From Lachnospiraceae bacterium (GTDB lineage Bacteria > Bacillota > Clostridia > Lachnospirales > Lachnospiraceae): a DNA stretch of 40,679 nucleotides. Of this stretch, positions 1-9,802 are shown piece by piece (positions within the stretch are counted from its first letter, which is position 1; every line of letters starts with the position of its first letter). A program made the translations under genes and the position numbers. The notes beneath the pieces were generated by a model that was given only the letters and a program-made list of their open reading frames with translations, was not told where the DNA came from and did not search any database. Location: positions 1-40,679 of the forward strand of contig JAJBUT010000212.1 of assembly GCA_020860185.1 (NCBI GenBank). The letters run 5' to 3'.

Positions 1-48
1 GTATTTTCTTTAGTCAACCCCCTCTACACTTTGAATTATACAGGAAGC

Positions 49-1494
49 TTAACTGAAGAACGCCGTAGCAATCGGCATGAACACGATACATACCACAAAC
101 GAAATCACTGCAAACAGAATCGTATATTTGCATGTATCCTTGATGTTCACATGTCCCGGTCCGAAGAAGAACGGAGACGGAACCGCCGCGGACGGTGTGA
201 CCGTCGCCATGCCGGCAGCGATCGCAATCATTACCGTGAATGCCGCCATATTCGTATTGCCTGTTCCGAGAAGTACGGCACCGATATTGAAGAAGAGGAC
301 CATCGTAACCGTATTCGAGAGGAAGTTCGTCATGATGATCGACAGCAGGAACAGGATGACGATAATACCGAACGTCGGCAAATTGCCGAGAACCGGCTGC
401 AAAACGTTACCCAGCCAGGTCTGGATACCGGTCGCCTCAGAGGACAGCGGTGTCGCAAACATGGACACAGTACCCGCAAAGATAAGCGGCGGCCACGGAA
501 CCTGCTTTAACGCGCTCGGCACATTCAGTATCGGTTTCCCGCCGGCCGGTACAATCGCCAGAAAAGCAATTGCCAGAATCGCCGGGACCACGACGCCGCA
601 GTCATTCAGATAGCTGAAGAAACTGGAAACACCCGACAACAGCGAAGGTGCCAGAACAAAGAAGATCACGCAGATAAACACAACTGCCGCGATAATACCA
701 TCCTTGCCGAGCGGTTTCTGCTTTGCCTTTACTTCCTCGACATTGAAATTCGTGAATTTGCTCATATCGGGATGCCAGATACGGCAGATCAACATAATCA
801 CCAGGTACATCACAAACGCATACGGCACGCCGATGGCCAGCCACTGTGCGTAGGTAATGGTAATACCAAACTGCGTCTCCAGTGAAGCGATAATAATATT
901 CGGAAGCGCATGCGCAATCGGGGAACAGATCGACAGAAGCACATTGCCGAGCATAACGCCCGTAAAGATACAGGTATAGAAAGGCTCTCCCTTCTTCACG
1001 CCCATCTCCTTACACAGAACCTCTGCGATACCGATGTAGATAACCGCCAGAGACAGGTTATCCATAAAAAGACCGATGATGACGTTGGACGCAAAGAACA
1101 TCGCCAGGAACGCGTACGGTCTGCCCTGGACAAACTTCCGGGTCACAAAGAACATCGCGATCTTATTGATAACCCCCGTCTCACTCAGACATACGTTCAG
1201 CACCATGTAAACCAGCACGGTAATCACGACAAAGTGTCCCATAGAACCGGCCCACACCTCGTTCGCCGTCATCGCCTGTGTCATAACCATCAGGCCGAGC
1301 GCCAGGATGGATACCCAGTGTGTGTTCACCGTAAGCCACAGATACAGAATCGGGATAAGGATCGCGATGACGCGGACACCCAGTTCCGTCAATCCGTTCG
1401 TCGGCTGAAGCACGGCATAAATCACGATACCGATGATCAGCGCAACCAGATAATGAATATAGTTTTTCTTGTCTGCTGCTGCCATTTTTGCCAT
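49..1494 (-). CDS. SLC13/DASS family anion (carboxylate) permease
   Basis: 481-aa highly hydrophobic ORF with DASS-like motifs (GLFMDN, SPIAHALPN, MTNFLSNT, TPSAAVP); SD AAAGGAG upstream. Confidence 0.8.
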   Translation of the reverse strand: MAKMAAADKKNYIHYLVALIIGIVIYAVLQPTNGLTELGVRVIAILIPILYLWLTVNTHWVSILALGLMVMTQAMTANEVWAGSMGHFVVITVLVYMVLNVCLSETGVINKIAMFFVTRKFVQGRPYAFLAMFFASNVIIGLFMDNLSLAVIYIGIAEVLCKEMGVKKGEPFYTCIFTGVMLGNVLLSICSPIAHALPNIIIASLETQFGITITYAQWLAIGVPYAFVMYLVIMLICRIWHPDMSKFTNFNVEEVKAKQKPLGKDGIIAAVVFICVIFFVLAPSLLSGVSSFFSYLNDCGVVVPAILAIAFLAIVPAGGKPILNVPSALKQVPWPPLIFAGTVSMFATPLSSEATGIQTWLGNVLQPVLGNLPTFGIIVILFLLSIIMTNFLSNTVTMVLFFNIGAVLLGTGNTNMAAFTVMIAIAAGMATVTPSAAVPSPFFFGPGHVNIKDTCKYTILFAVISFVVCIVFMPIATAFFS

Positions 1495-1551
1495 TTTAAA
1501 TCTCCTTTCTTTTGCAAAAAACTGTGTCTCTACTCAAAAAACAGCAAAACT

Positions 1552-1582
1552 ATTTTAGGCTATGTTCTTACTATACAGTCAA
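1552..1582 (-). promoter_or_regulatory. MerR-type promoter of SLC13 gene: TTGACT-19bp-TAAAAT with operator CTGTATAG-TAA-GAACATAG
   Basis: Read on the minus strand: ttgactgtatagtaagaacatagcctaaaat; closely resembles the promoter at 36011-36041. Confidence 0.75.
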
Positions 1583-1692
1583 TAAAAAAACAGCGATAAA
1601 AAGTGAAAAAACGGGCATTTTCGCTTAATGTCATTTCACTTTCCATCGCTGTCTTGTGCAAAATCACAAGGTTCATATTCAATTCTGTTCTG

Positions 1693-2193
1693 TTATGACT
1701 CACAAATGTCTTTTCTGACACTTATCTCATAAACAGTATCCGCATAATCCCTGAGACCGGCTCCCAGCACACGTCCCGTCAGAATGACATCCGTCTCCTC
1801 CGAACGGAGACGAAGCAGCGACAGCAGCTCCTCCTCCGATATGATGCCGTAATCCACCAGGCCCAGCACCTCATCCAGGATCAGCACGCTGCACTCTCCG
1901 GTCTGGAGCACCTTCCGGGCATAGTTCATACCGTTTTTCATGTTCATCTGCTCGTCAATCTGCCCCTGTTCATCCAGCTCCTCATAATTCCGACCGGACT
2001 TCTGAAAACGGAACACGCGGATCTCCGGTTCCAGACGCTTCAGAAAAGCGGACTCATCCTCGTTTTTCCGTTTCAGGAATTCAATGATAATGACGGAACC
2101 CAGAGCGCTCGCCTCATGTATGGCACAGCCCAGAGCAGCGGATGTCTTTCCTCTGCCATTTCCGTAATATACCTGTATCTTTCCCATGCTCAT
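1693..2193 (-). CDS. cobO: cob(I)yrinic acid a,c-diamide adenosyltransferase (CobO/BtuR family)
   Basis: IQVYYGNGRGKTSAALG P-loop, LILDEV and VILTGR motifs; SD GAGGAG. Confidence 0.85.
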   Translation of the reverse strand: MSMGKIQVYYGNGRGKTSAALGCAIHEASALGSVIIIEFLKRKNEDESAFLKRLEPEIRVFRFQKSGRNYEELDEQGQIDEQMNMKNGMNYARKVLQTGECSVLILDEVLGLVDYGIISEEELLSLLRLRSEETDVILTGRVLGAGLRDYADTVYEISVRKDICES

Positions 2194-2280
2194 GGTTTTC
2201 TCCTCTCAGATATATGCACGTTTCAAAGATAATCGTGCCTGATTGTAAGAGATTACCACATTTACTGTAAAAACACAAGC

Positions 2281-2913
2281 TTAATCCTCGGGAATCAGGT
2301 CGAGTTTATTGACAGAAACCTCATAGGCCACTCTCCGCTCCGTCTCCTCCTCGCTGATCTTTTTGACATATTCCCGGCTCTGAATACGTCCTTCCAGATA
2401 GATATGACTGCCGACCTCAAAGCCGGAAGCAAAACGGGCGTTTCTGCCCCAGCAGATACAGGGTATGTAATCGGACTTCCCATAGGAACGGTTGACCGCC
2501 AGCAGCACATCCGCGATCTCCCTTCCGAGCGGAGTTTTCCGGTAAACCGGCTCCTTACAGATAAATCCTTCCAGACAGATGAGGTTCGTATTCTCTCCGT
2601 CCTCTACCTCATCCAGGAATTCCAGTTCTCTCACAAAAACCGAGAGAACCAGCCGGTTTTTCCTCTCCTCATGTCGGTTGTAGGATCGGAACTGCCCGGT
2701 CACACGAACGATCTGTCCCATGTAATCCCGCTCCGTGTCGATCAGGCGTTCCGATATCATAAGCGGTATAAAATCGGCATTGCTGCTCAGCCGGTTCACC
2801 GCGATTTCAACCATATAAAAACCTTCTCCGTACACCTCATGACTGTAGCGGAAATCTGAAACGATCTCCCCAATCATAGACACCTGATTGTTTTCAAACA
2901 TTTTATCCGTCAT
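2281..2913 (-). CDS. ssb: Single-stranded DNA-binding protein, clostridial tandem-OB-fold type
   Basis: FRYSHEVYGEGFY, YRKTPLGREIADVLLAVNR, DYIPCICWGRNA and GRIQSREY motifs; start moved to ATG at 2913 (MTDKMFENN) after SD AAGGGAG. Confidence 0.9.
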   Translation of the reverse strand: MTDKMFENNQVSMIGEIVSDFRYSHEVYGEGFYMVEIAVNRLSSNADFIPLMISERLIDTERDYMGQIVRVTGQFRSYNRHEERKNRLVLSVFVRELEFLDEVEDGENTNLICLEGFICKEPVYRKTPLGREIADVLLAVNRSYGKSDYIPCICWGRNARFASGFEVGSHIYLEGRIQSREYVKKISEEETERRVAYEVSVNKLDLIPED

Positions 2914-3182
2914 TTCGTAAGCTCCCTTCTTCACATGTACGCGTGTTTTACAATCCCAAGACGCATTGCTTGCGCTCATCATAGCACAAAAAAGGCTCGA
3001 ATACACGTACTTTATGTCAATAACTGAATTTCGTTCAAATAATTTCTTGCCAAATTCTTTTTTTATGCTACAATAAGTGATGCTTTGTACCGGCAGCGAT
3101 CCGTCTGCCGGCTTTATAGTAAACGTCAAAAATATTTGCCGTCCATTATAAATATTGATTGAACAAACGGAAGGAGCATGCT

Positions 3183-4214
3183 ATGTCAGATGAAACAACG
3201 GCAGAATATTACCGGACACACGCGGATTCCATCCTCTATGCCAACGGCAATCTTGTTCTGGGGATATCCTCGGAGGAGAAGGTTCTGCAGCTGAGTGAAA
3301 ATGACTTTGTCGACCTGGCAGCGAACACGACGGATGCCGCCCGGTTTGAAAAAGACATCCTGATAAAAAAAGACGGTACCCTGGTGAGTCCGGTGCCGAT
3401 GGTTCGGAGCTGGGATCACATCATCGCCCTCGGAGGCGGGATGAACGGCTCTTATAAGAAGTTTTACGTCGGCCTGAGGGATGACGGCACACTGGTCGCC
3501 ACCGGTTCGAATGCCTGCGGGCAGGGCGACGTCTCAGACTGGAAGCACGTGACATCCGTATCGTGCGGCTACCGGCACACGGCTGCTCTATTGGAAAATG
3601 GCCGGGTTCTCGCGACTGGTTCGAACAAAAACGGTCAGTGCAACACGTCCGATTGGGAGGACGTCTCTTCGGTCTGCGCAGCTTTGGACTGCACCTTCGC
3701 CCTGAAAAAAGACGGCACCGTGCTGTCAGCCGGCGCGGCACGGTACGGCTGCGACACCTCAGGATGGAAAGAGATTGAAGAACTGATTGTTTCAGAGGGA
3801 ACGGTATCTGCCACCTGGAACGGAGGCGTTACGCTTGCCGGTCGGCGCAAGGACGGCACCGTTCTCACTACCGGCTTTAACGCGAACCCGAAACACGGCG
3901 GCAAACGCTGGAATACGGAAAACTGGGAAGACATCGTATCTGTATCATCGCACGGAGAACATCTGCTGGGGCTGAAAAAAGACCGGACCGTGGTCGCCGC
4001 CGGCCCGAACGACAAGGGTCAGTGCAATGTATCCGAATGGCGGGATATCATCGGCATTTACGGCGGATACGGCAGCGTCTCGGCCGGAATCCGGTCAGAC
4101 GGGCATGTCATCTACACCGCGCACCGCGTGGAACCCGGACGCGTGACCTACAAGATCATTCTGAGCAAGCCTGTGATATCCAGACAAAAGCTGTTTACCA
4201 CAGATGAATCATAA
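3183..4214 (+). CDS. RCC1/BLIP-II repeat beta-propeller protein
   Basis: Repeated units L-x-x-DG-T-V-x-A-x-G-x-N-x-x-GQC-[DN]-[VT]-S-x-W; SD AAGGAG before ATG 3183. Confidence 0.8.
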   Translation: MSDETTAEYYRTHADSILYANGNLVLGISSEEKVLQLSENDFVDLAANTTDAARFEKDILIKKDGTLVSPVPMVRSWDHIIALGGGMNGSYKKFYVGLRDDGTLVATGSNACGQGDVSDWKHVTSVSCGYRHTAALLENGRVLATGSNKNGQCNTSDWEDVSSVCAALDCTFALKKDGTVLSAGAARYGCDTSGWKEIEELIVSEGTVSATWNGGVTLAGRRKDGTVLTTGFNANPKHGGKRWNTENWEDIVSVSSHGEHLLGLKKDRTVVAAGPNDKGQCNVSEWRDIIGIYGGYGSVSAGIRSDGHVIYTAHRVEPGRVTYKIILSKPVISRQKLFTTDES

Positions 4215-4346
4215 CTGAACGAATAGCCGCAACTCCATTTATTTATCTGATGGGATGTTCACCGGAAAGCACTGCCGCTGACAGGAAAGAGGAAAATTCC
4301 GCAGATCAGTGCGATACACGAACAAGGCGGCGACATGGAGGCGAGT

Positions 4347-6182
4347 ATGAAAACAACAAGAGAAGACATACGCAACATCGCGATCATCGCGCATGTTGAC
4401 CACGGGAAAACCACCCTCGTAGACAACCTGCTGAAACAGTCCGGCGTTTTCCGGGAGAACCAGGTCGTCCGGGAGCGCGTGATGGATTCGAACGATATCG
4501 AGAGGGAGAGAGGTATTACCATCCTCTCCAAAAACACAGCAGTATTTTATAAAGACACAAAAATCAACATTGTGGACACTCCCGGACATGCCGACTTCGG
4601 CGGAGAGGTAGAGCGCGTCCTGAAGATGGTGGACGGCGTGATTCTGGTCGTTGACGCCTTTGAGGGCGCCATGCCACAGACGAAATTCGTGCTGATGAAA
4701 GCGCTGGATCTGAATCTGCCGGTCATCGTCTGTATCAATAAAATCGACCGGCCGGAAGCACGGCCGGATGAAGTCATCGACGAAGTACTTGAGCTTTTCA
4801 TGGACCTCGACGCCTCAGATGAGCAGCTGGACTGCCCCTTCGTCTATGCATCTGCCAAATACGGCTATGCCACCCTGCATCCGGAGGACGAGCCAAAGGA
4901 TATGAAACCTCTGTTCGAGACCATTTTAAACTATATACCGGCTCCCACCGGAGACCCGGACGCCAACACACAGGTGCTGGTCAGCACGATCGACTACAAT
5001 GAATATGTCGGCCGAATCGCGGTCGGCAAGGTAGACAACGGCTGCATCCGGGTCAACCAGGATGCCGTCATCGTCAACGCGCACGATCCCGAAAAGCAGC
5101 GGAAAGTCCGGATCAGCAAATTATATGAATTCGACGGACTGGAGAAGGTCGATGTAAAGGATGCCCGGATCGGCTCGATCGTCGCCATCTCCGGCATCGC
5201 GGACATCCACATCGGGGATACCATCTGCGCACCGGAACATCCGGAGCCCATCCCCTTCCAGAAAATATCCGAGCCGACGATCGCGATGAACTTTCTCGTA
5301 AACGACAGCCCGCTCGCCGGACAGGAGGGCAAATACATCACCTCCCGCCATATCCGCGACCGGCTGTTTAAGGAACTGAACACCGATGTCTCTCTCCGCG
5401 TGGAGGAGACAGACAGCGCCGACTGTTTCAAAGTATCCGGACGGGGCGAGCTTCACCTCTCCGTACTGATTGAAAACATGCGCCGCGAGGGCTATGAGTT
5501 CGCCGTATCCAAGGCGGAGGTTCTCTACCACACCGACGAGAACGGCAAACGGACCGAACCGATGGAACTGGTCTATGTCGATGTGCCGGAGGAGTTTACC
5601 GGCGTCATCATCGAAAAGCTGAGCCAGCGAAAGGCGGAGCTGCAGAACATGGGCGGCATCAGCGGCGGCTACACCCGCCTCACCTTCCGCATGCCGGCGC
5701 GCGGCCTCATCGGCTACCGCGGCGACTTTCTGACGGATACGAAGGGCAACGGCATCATGAATACCATCTTCGACGGCTACGATCTCTACAAGGGAGATAT
5801 CCAGTACCGGAAGCTCGGCTCCCTCATCGCCTATGAGCCAGGCGAGTCCGTGGCCTACGGCCTGTTCTCCGCCCAGGATCGCGGCGCCCTGTTTATCGGT
5901 CCGGGCGAGCGGGTTTACTCCGGCATGGTCGTCGGACAGTGCTCCCGCTCCGAGGACATCGAGCTGAATGTCTGTAAGAAAAAGCACCTGACCAACACGC
6001 GCTCCTCCTCCGCGGACGAAGCTTTAACACTGACGCCGCCGCGAATCCTGAGCCTGGAACAGGCGCTTGATTTCATCGACACAGACGAGCTTCTGGAGGT
6101 CACGCCGGAGAGCCTGCGCATCCGCAAGAAAATCCTTGATCCGACCCTGCGGAAACGTGCCGCCATGAAGAAAAATCAATAA
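4347..6182 (+). CDS. typA: Translational GTPase TypA/BipA
   Basis: [47 protein letters not shown] and C-terminal [11 protein letters not shown]; start at ATG 4347 after GGAGG. Confidence 0.97.
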   Translation: MKTTREDIRNIAIIAHVDHGKTTLVDNLLKQSGVFRENQVVRERVMDSNDIERERGITILSKNTAVFYKDTKINIVDTPGHADFGGEVERVLKMVDGVILVVDAFEGAMPQTKFVLMKALDLNLPVIVCINKIDRPEARPDEVIDEVLELFMDLDASDEQLDCPFVYASAKYGYATLHPEDEPKDMKPLFETILNYIPAPTGDPDANTQVLVSTIDYNEYVGRIAVGKVDNGCIRVNQDAVIVNAHDPEKQRKVRISKLYEFDGLEKVDVKDARIGSIVAISGIADIHIGDTICAPEHPEPIPFQKISEPTIAMNFLVNDSPLAGQEGKYITSRHIRDRLFKELNTDVSLRVEETDSADCFKVSGRGELHLSVLIENMRREGYEFAVSKAEVLYHTDENGKRTEPMELVYVDVPEEFTGVIIEKLSQRKAELQNMGGISGGYTRLTFRMPARGLIGYRGDFLTDTKGNGIMNTIFDGYDLYKGDIQYRKLGSLIAYEPGESVAYGLFSAQDRGALFIGPGERVYSGMVVGQCSRSEDIELNVCKKKHLTNTRSSSADEALTLTPPRILSLEQALDFIDTDELLEVTPESLRIRKKILDPTLRKRAAMKKNQ

Positions 6183-6188
6183 TCTAAA

Positions 6189-6224
6189 AAACCGACCGTC
6201 CCGCATACGCGGAACGGTCGGTTT
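6189..6224. terminator. Probable bidirectional intrinsic terminator between typA and dctQ
   Basis: Stem AAACCGACCGT(C)CCGC / GCGG(A)ACGGTCGGTTT between convergent genes, A/T-rich flanks. Confidence 0.8.
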
Positions 6225-6234
6225 ACTTTGTCTG

Positions 6235-6744
6235 TTACTCTTGTCCTTCAATAGGTTTTGCGTTCGGCAGTTCCTGAAAATACTCCAGAGCCGTCAGGAT
6301 GATCGCCAGAGTATAGACGGCGAAGCCCACACCCATGATCAGTGAAAACGGCCAGTACGGCAAATGCAGGATCTGAGACGCTTTTCCGACGGAGTAGTTC
6401 GTACTCACCTGTTTAAAAGACTGAATCGTCAGAAGCAGGCAGAAGAACGCGCACACCAGCTGCAGGATACCATTCATGGCGCAGCGCCCCTTCGGAGGCA
6501 GCTTGTTCACAAAGAGATCCACCCTTACATGGCCGTTCTCTAACTGTGTGACACCGAAGCACAGGTACATCATAATGATCATACCCAGCTCAACCATCTC
6601 CATGTTGCCCAACACACGATAGTTTGTAAACAGATGCAGAATAACGTCTATCACCGTCACAATCACGGCATACATCAGAACTACCATAGATATATACCGA
6701 ATCGCATGGCAAAATTTCTCTAACCCGGAGCGGAATTTTTTCAT
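6235..6744 (-). CDS. dctQ: TRAP transporter small permease subunit
   Basis: 4 TM segments and GHVRVDLF motif; start ATG 6744 (MKKFRSG) after AAAGGAG. Confidence 0.9.
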   Translation of the reverse strand: MKKFRSGLEKFCHAIRYISMVVLMYAVIVTVIDVILHLFTNYRVLGNMEMVELGMIIMMYLCFGVTQLENGHVRVDLFVNKLPPKGRCAMNGILQLVCAFFCLLLTIQSFKQVSTNYSVGKASQILHLPYWPFSLIMGVGFAVYTLAIILTALEYFQELPNAKPIEGQE

Positions 6745-6781
6745 AAAAACAACTCCTTTCTGGATCGCTTCATAAACACAA

Positions 6782-7942
6782 TTACTGGTTATTGGCGATG
6801 CACTCCATCGCGGTGTCATAGATGGCCTGGCCGTCATAACCCGCCGCATCCATGGACTCAATCCACTCGTCGATGGTCTGCTGAGCAACATCTTCCAGCT
6901 TCGCCCTCTCCTCATCGCTCAGGTTATAAAGCTTATCCGCTACGGCTTCCTTCACTTCCTCTTCATACTGATCCCATACTTCCGTATACTTCAGGGAATC
7001 CTCCGCAACGTCATCCAGCAGCTGCTGAAGCACTTCCGGAAGCGCATCATAGGAATCCTGGTTCATAACCATGAAGTAGGTAGAAACGCCGATGTTCTCA
7101 TCCAGATACCAGGACAGAACCTCATCCAGCGAGAAGGAATTGACTGCATGCCAGTCAGTAATGCATCCGTCAAGCGTACCCTTGTCAAGGTTGCTGTACA
7201 GATCGTTAATGGAAACAGATACCGGGTTCGCGCCGAGGTTCGTGATAAAGTCGGTCGGCGGTCCGGCATTGCCGCGCAGCTGCATGCCCACAAGATCATC
7301 CAGTGTCTCAATCTTTGTGCTGACAGTCTCAATCGCGCTCTGGCAATTGGTATGAAGCAGTAATACATGGAAGTTGGAATACTCCTCATCCATATAATCC
7401 GTAGTGTTCCAGAACTCCCAGATTGCCTGCGAACCGTTGGTCGCGCTCTGGATATCGATCAGAGGAAGCATGAACACTTCGGTTACAGGGAAGGTGTCCG
7501 CATAGAAAGACTGCAGACCCCATCCGATATCCGCGGAACCGTTCAGTACATAATCATAGGTATCCTTCGGACCCGCGAGCGTAGCTCCGTGGTAAACCTC
7601 GATGGTCAGATATCCTTCGGAAGCCTCCTCGACTGCAGCCGCAAAGTTGTTCAGGAATGTTCCAGTCGCGGAATTTTCCGGGTCATGCTGGGTCAGAGTC
7701 AGCGTATAGGTCTGATCCAGACCGCTCAGGTCATATTCGCCGACGCCAGACTCATCTTCCGCATCAGCATCCGCCTCGGCATCAGCATCCGCCTCGGCTT
7801 CCGCGGAAGTCTCCTCCGCTGCGGACTCGGTGGTATCGGTGGTGTCGCCGGAATCATCCGACGAGCTGCCGCAACCGGCCATTGCGCCCATGGACACAAC
7901 AAGCGCCCCGGCAAGTACGATAGAAATCACTTTCTTTTTCAT
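6782..7942 (-). CDS. dctP: TRAP transporter substrate-binding lipoprotein (DctP family)
   Basis: Signal peptide with lipobox MAGC, acidic linker, DLVGMQLR, GANPV, LDKGTLDG; start ATG 7942 after AAGGAGG. Confidence 0.9.
   Translation of the reverse strand: MKKKVISIVLAGALVVSMGAMAGCGSSSDDSGDTTDTTESAAEETSAEAEADADAEADADAEDESGVGEYDLSGLDQTYTLTLTQHDPENSATGTFLNNFAAAVEEASEGYLTIEVYHGATLAGPKDTYDYVLNGSADIGWGLQSFYADTFPVTEVFMLPLIDIQSATNGSQAIWEFWNTTDYMDEEYSNFHVLLLHTNCQSAIETVSTKIETLDDLVGMQLRGNAGPPTDFITNLGANPVSVSINDLYSNLDKGTLDGCITDWHAVNSFSLDEVLSWYLDENIGVSTYFMVMNQDSYDALPEVLQQLLDDVAEDSLKYTEVWDQYEEEVKEAVADKLYNLSDEERAKLEDVAQQTIDEWIESMDAAGYDGQAIYDTAMECIANNQ
7761..7796. repeat. 18-bp tandem duplication (GCATCAGCATCCGCCTCG x2) encoding the EADADA linker repeat
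   Basis: Direct read; lies within the acidic linker of DctP. Confidence 0.85.
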
Positions 7943-8018
7943 AAAATCCTCCTTCTTTTTTTTGCGTATACGGTGCACATGCGCCGTATACATTGAAATA
8001 TTGAAAACTGTATCTCCG

Positions 8019-9332
8019 TTATCCGGCGGAACCGTATAGCAGAGTAGGCAGCCCCAGTGACAGCGGTTTAATCAAAGCAACGAGAAGAACCGTCACGATC
8101 AGCGCAATGACAAATGGCACAACGCCCTTGAAAATCTTCATGATCGGAACGTCCTTTGCGATGCCGCCCATGACGTATACGCACATGCCCACCGGAGGCG
8201 TAATCAGACCCAGCTGCATGATCATTACCATCAGAACGCCGAACCACACAGTGTTCATGCCCATCTGCTGAACAATGGGCAAAAAGATCGGCGTCAGAAG
8301 CACAATCAGCGGCAGGGAATCAATAAAGCAGCCCAGCACCGCGTAGATAGCCAGAATCAGCAGGATGACCACGAGATTCGGCAGATTCGACGCTGCGATT
8401 CCGTTTGCCAGAGTGGTCGGGATCCGGGAAATTGTAAGGAAGTAACCGAATATGTACGCGCCTACCATGATCATGAAAATCATGCAGGACGTCCGCAACG
8501 TATCCGCCAGAGACTTCCGGATATTCTCCCAGCTCGCCTTTCTCTTTCCAATGAGGAACAGAAGCGCGATAAACGCTCCGACAGCAGCACCCTCGTTCGC
8601 GCTGAAAATACCGCTGAAGATACCGCCGAGCACGATCACGAACAGGATCAGAATCGGGATAACGCCCTTGAGCGACTGCATCTTTTCCTGCATGCTAACC
8701 TTTTCGCCCTTCGGCGCCAGGTCAGGATTCATCTTAACCTGAATCATGATGGTCATGACATAGATCGCGGCCAGCAGAATACCCGGGATAATACCCGCGG
8801 CAAACATCGTGCCGATCGACTCTTCCGCCGCAATGGCATACAGGATGAATCCCGTACTGGGCGGAATCAGGATGCCCAGCGTACCGCCCGCTGCTATGGA
8901 GCCGCAGGCCAGCGTGTCCTTATAGCCATATTTCCTCATCTCCGGCAGGCAGACAACGCCGAGCGTGGCGGTGGTGGCTGTCGAGGAACCGCAGATCGCC
9001 GCAAAAAACGCGCACGCCACGATCGTCGCGGAAGAAAGACTTCCCGGAACCCGTCCGATCCATTTATGGCAGAATGCATATAGATCCTGACTGATCCCGG
9101 CATAAAAGGCGAACTGCCCCATCAACACAAACAATGGAATTACCGAGTAGGAATAATTCGCGATCGTACTGAACGGCACAGACGAAAACAATCCCATCGC
9201 GCCTTTCATATTGACAATAATCGCGTAACCGAAGAACCCTACCACGACCATCGTGAAACCGATATTCATGCCCATGAACAGCAGAATCAGCAGCACGATG
9301 ACACCAATAACTCCAATCACCAATGGACTCAT
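8019..9332 (-). CDS. dctM: TRAP transporter large permease subunit
   Basis: IPLFVLMG, FAAICGSS, GTLGILIPPS and GLITPPVG motifs; 437 aa. Confidence 0.95.
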   Translation of the reverse strand: MSPLVIGVIGVIVLLILLFMGMNIGFTMVVVGFFGYAIIVNMKGAMGLFSSVPFSTIANYSYSVIPLFVLMGQFAFYAGISQDLYAFCHKWIGRVPGSLSSATIVACAFFAAICGSSTATTATLGVVCLPEMRKYGYKDTLACGSIAAGGTLGILIPPSTGFILYAIAAEESIGTMFAAGIIPGILLAAIYVMTIMIQVKMNPDLAPKGEKVSMQEKMQSLKGVIPILILFVIVLGGIFSGIFSANEGAAVGAFIALLFLIGKRKASWENIRKSLADTLRTSCMIFMIMVGAYIFGYFLTISRIPTTLANGIAASNLPNLVVILLILAIYAVLGCFIDSLPLIVLLTPIFLPIVQQMGMNTVWFGVLMVMIMQLGLITPPVGMCVYVMGGIAKDVPIMKIFKGVVPFVIALIVTVLLVALIKPLSLGLPTLLYGSAG

Positions 9333-9515
9333 AAGCTCTCTCTCCTTTCTGTAAAACAGCCATTTCTGTTCTTTTTTTGAATAAAAAATACTCCCTGTTC
9401 AGACTTTTCTCAAAAGCCTGATTATGAAATCAGCAACCTCCTTTCTTACTATACCGTACGTCCTGTATCTGTATGATTTACATACGGCATGTATTCGTAC
9501 CTCTACTCATTCAAA

Positions 9516-9546
9516 ATCATAGTCTGTATAGTTACTATACATTCAA
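9516..9546 (-). promoter_or_regulatory. MerR-type promoter of TRAP operon: TTGAAT-19bp-TATGAT with operator ATGTATAG-TAA-CTATACAG
   Basis: Minus strand ttgaatgtatagtaactatacagactatgat. Confidence 0.8.
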
Positions 9547-9715
9547 GCACTTTCTGACCAGTAACCGGATTTTCATGAGATATTGCATAAATATTTTTTA
9601 AGTTTTTTTATTTTTTTGTTCAAATTGTACATGTATTTTTTTTAATACATCTATTGACATTTTTTTGTCTGTATAGTTCTCACAAATGTATACGTAAATT
9701 TCCGGCGTGAAAACA

Positions 9716-9777
9716 CAGATACGCACCGGCACAGCTCCCGACTATCATCCATCGGTCACCGTCCGGTGCGTATCTGA
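9716..9777 (-). terminator. Stem-loop downstream of lpdC (terminator or 3' stabiliser)
   Basis: Perfect 14-bp inverted repeat CAGATACGCACCGG / CCGGTGCGTATCTG with a large loop, followed by TGTTTT on the minus strand. Confidence 0.6.
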
Positions 9778-9802
9778 TCATATTTCAAAACAGGATTGCT
9801 GT

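Noticed and set aside
5121-5987. 288-aa minus-strand ORF, and the similar 20045-20839 ORF
   Set aside because: Lie opposite typA and mobAB respectively; no independent evidence
9665-9696. Ninth regulon site TTGTCTGTATAG on the plus strand
   Set aside because: Only a half-site, no good -10 at 19 bp, and no gene downstream in that direction
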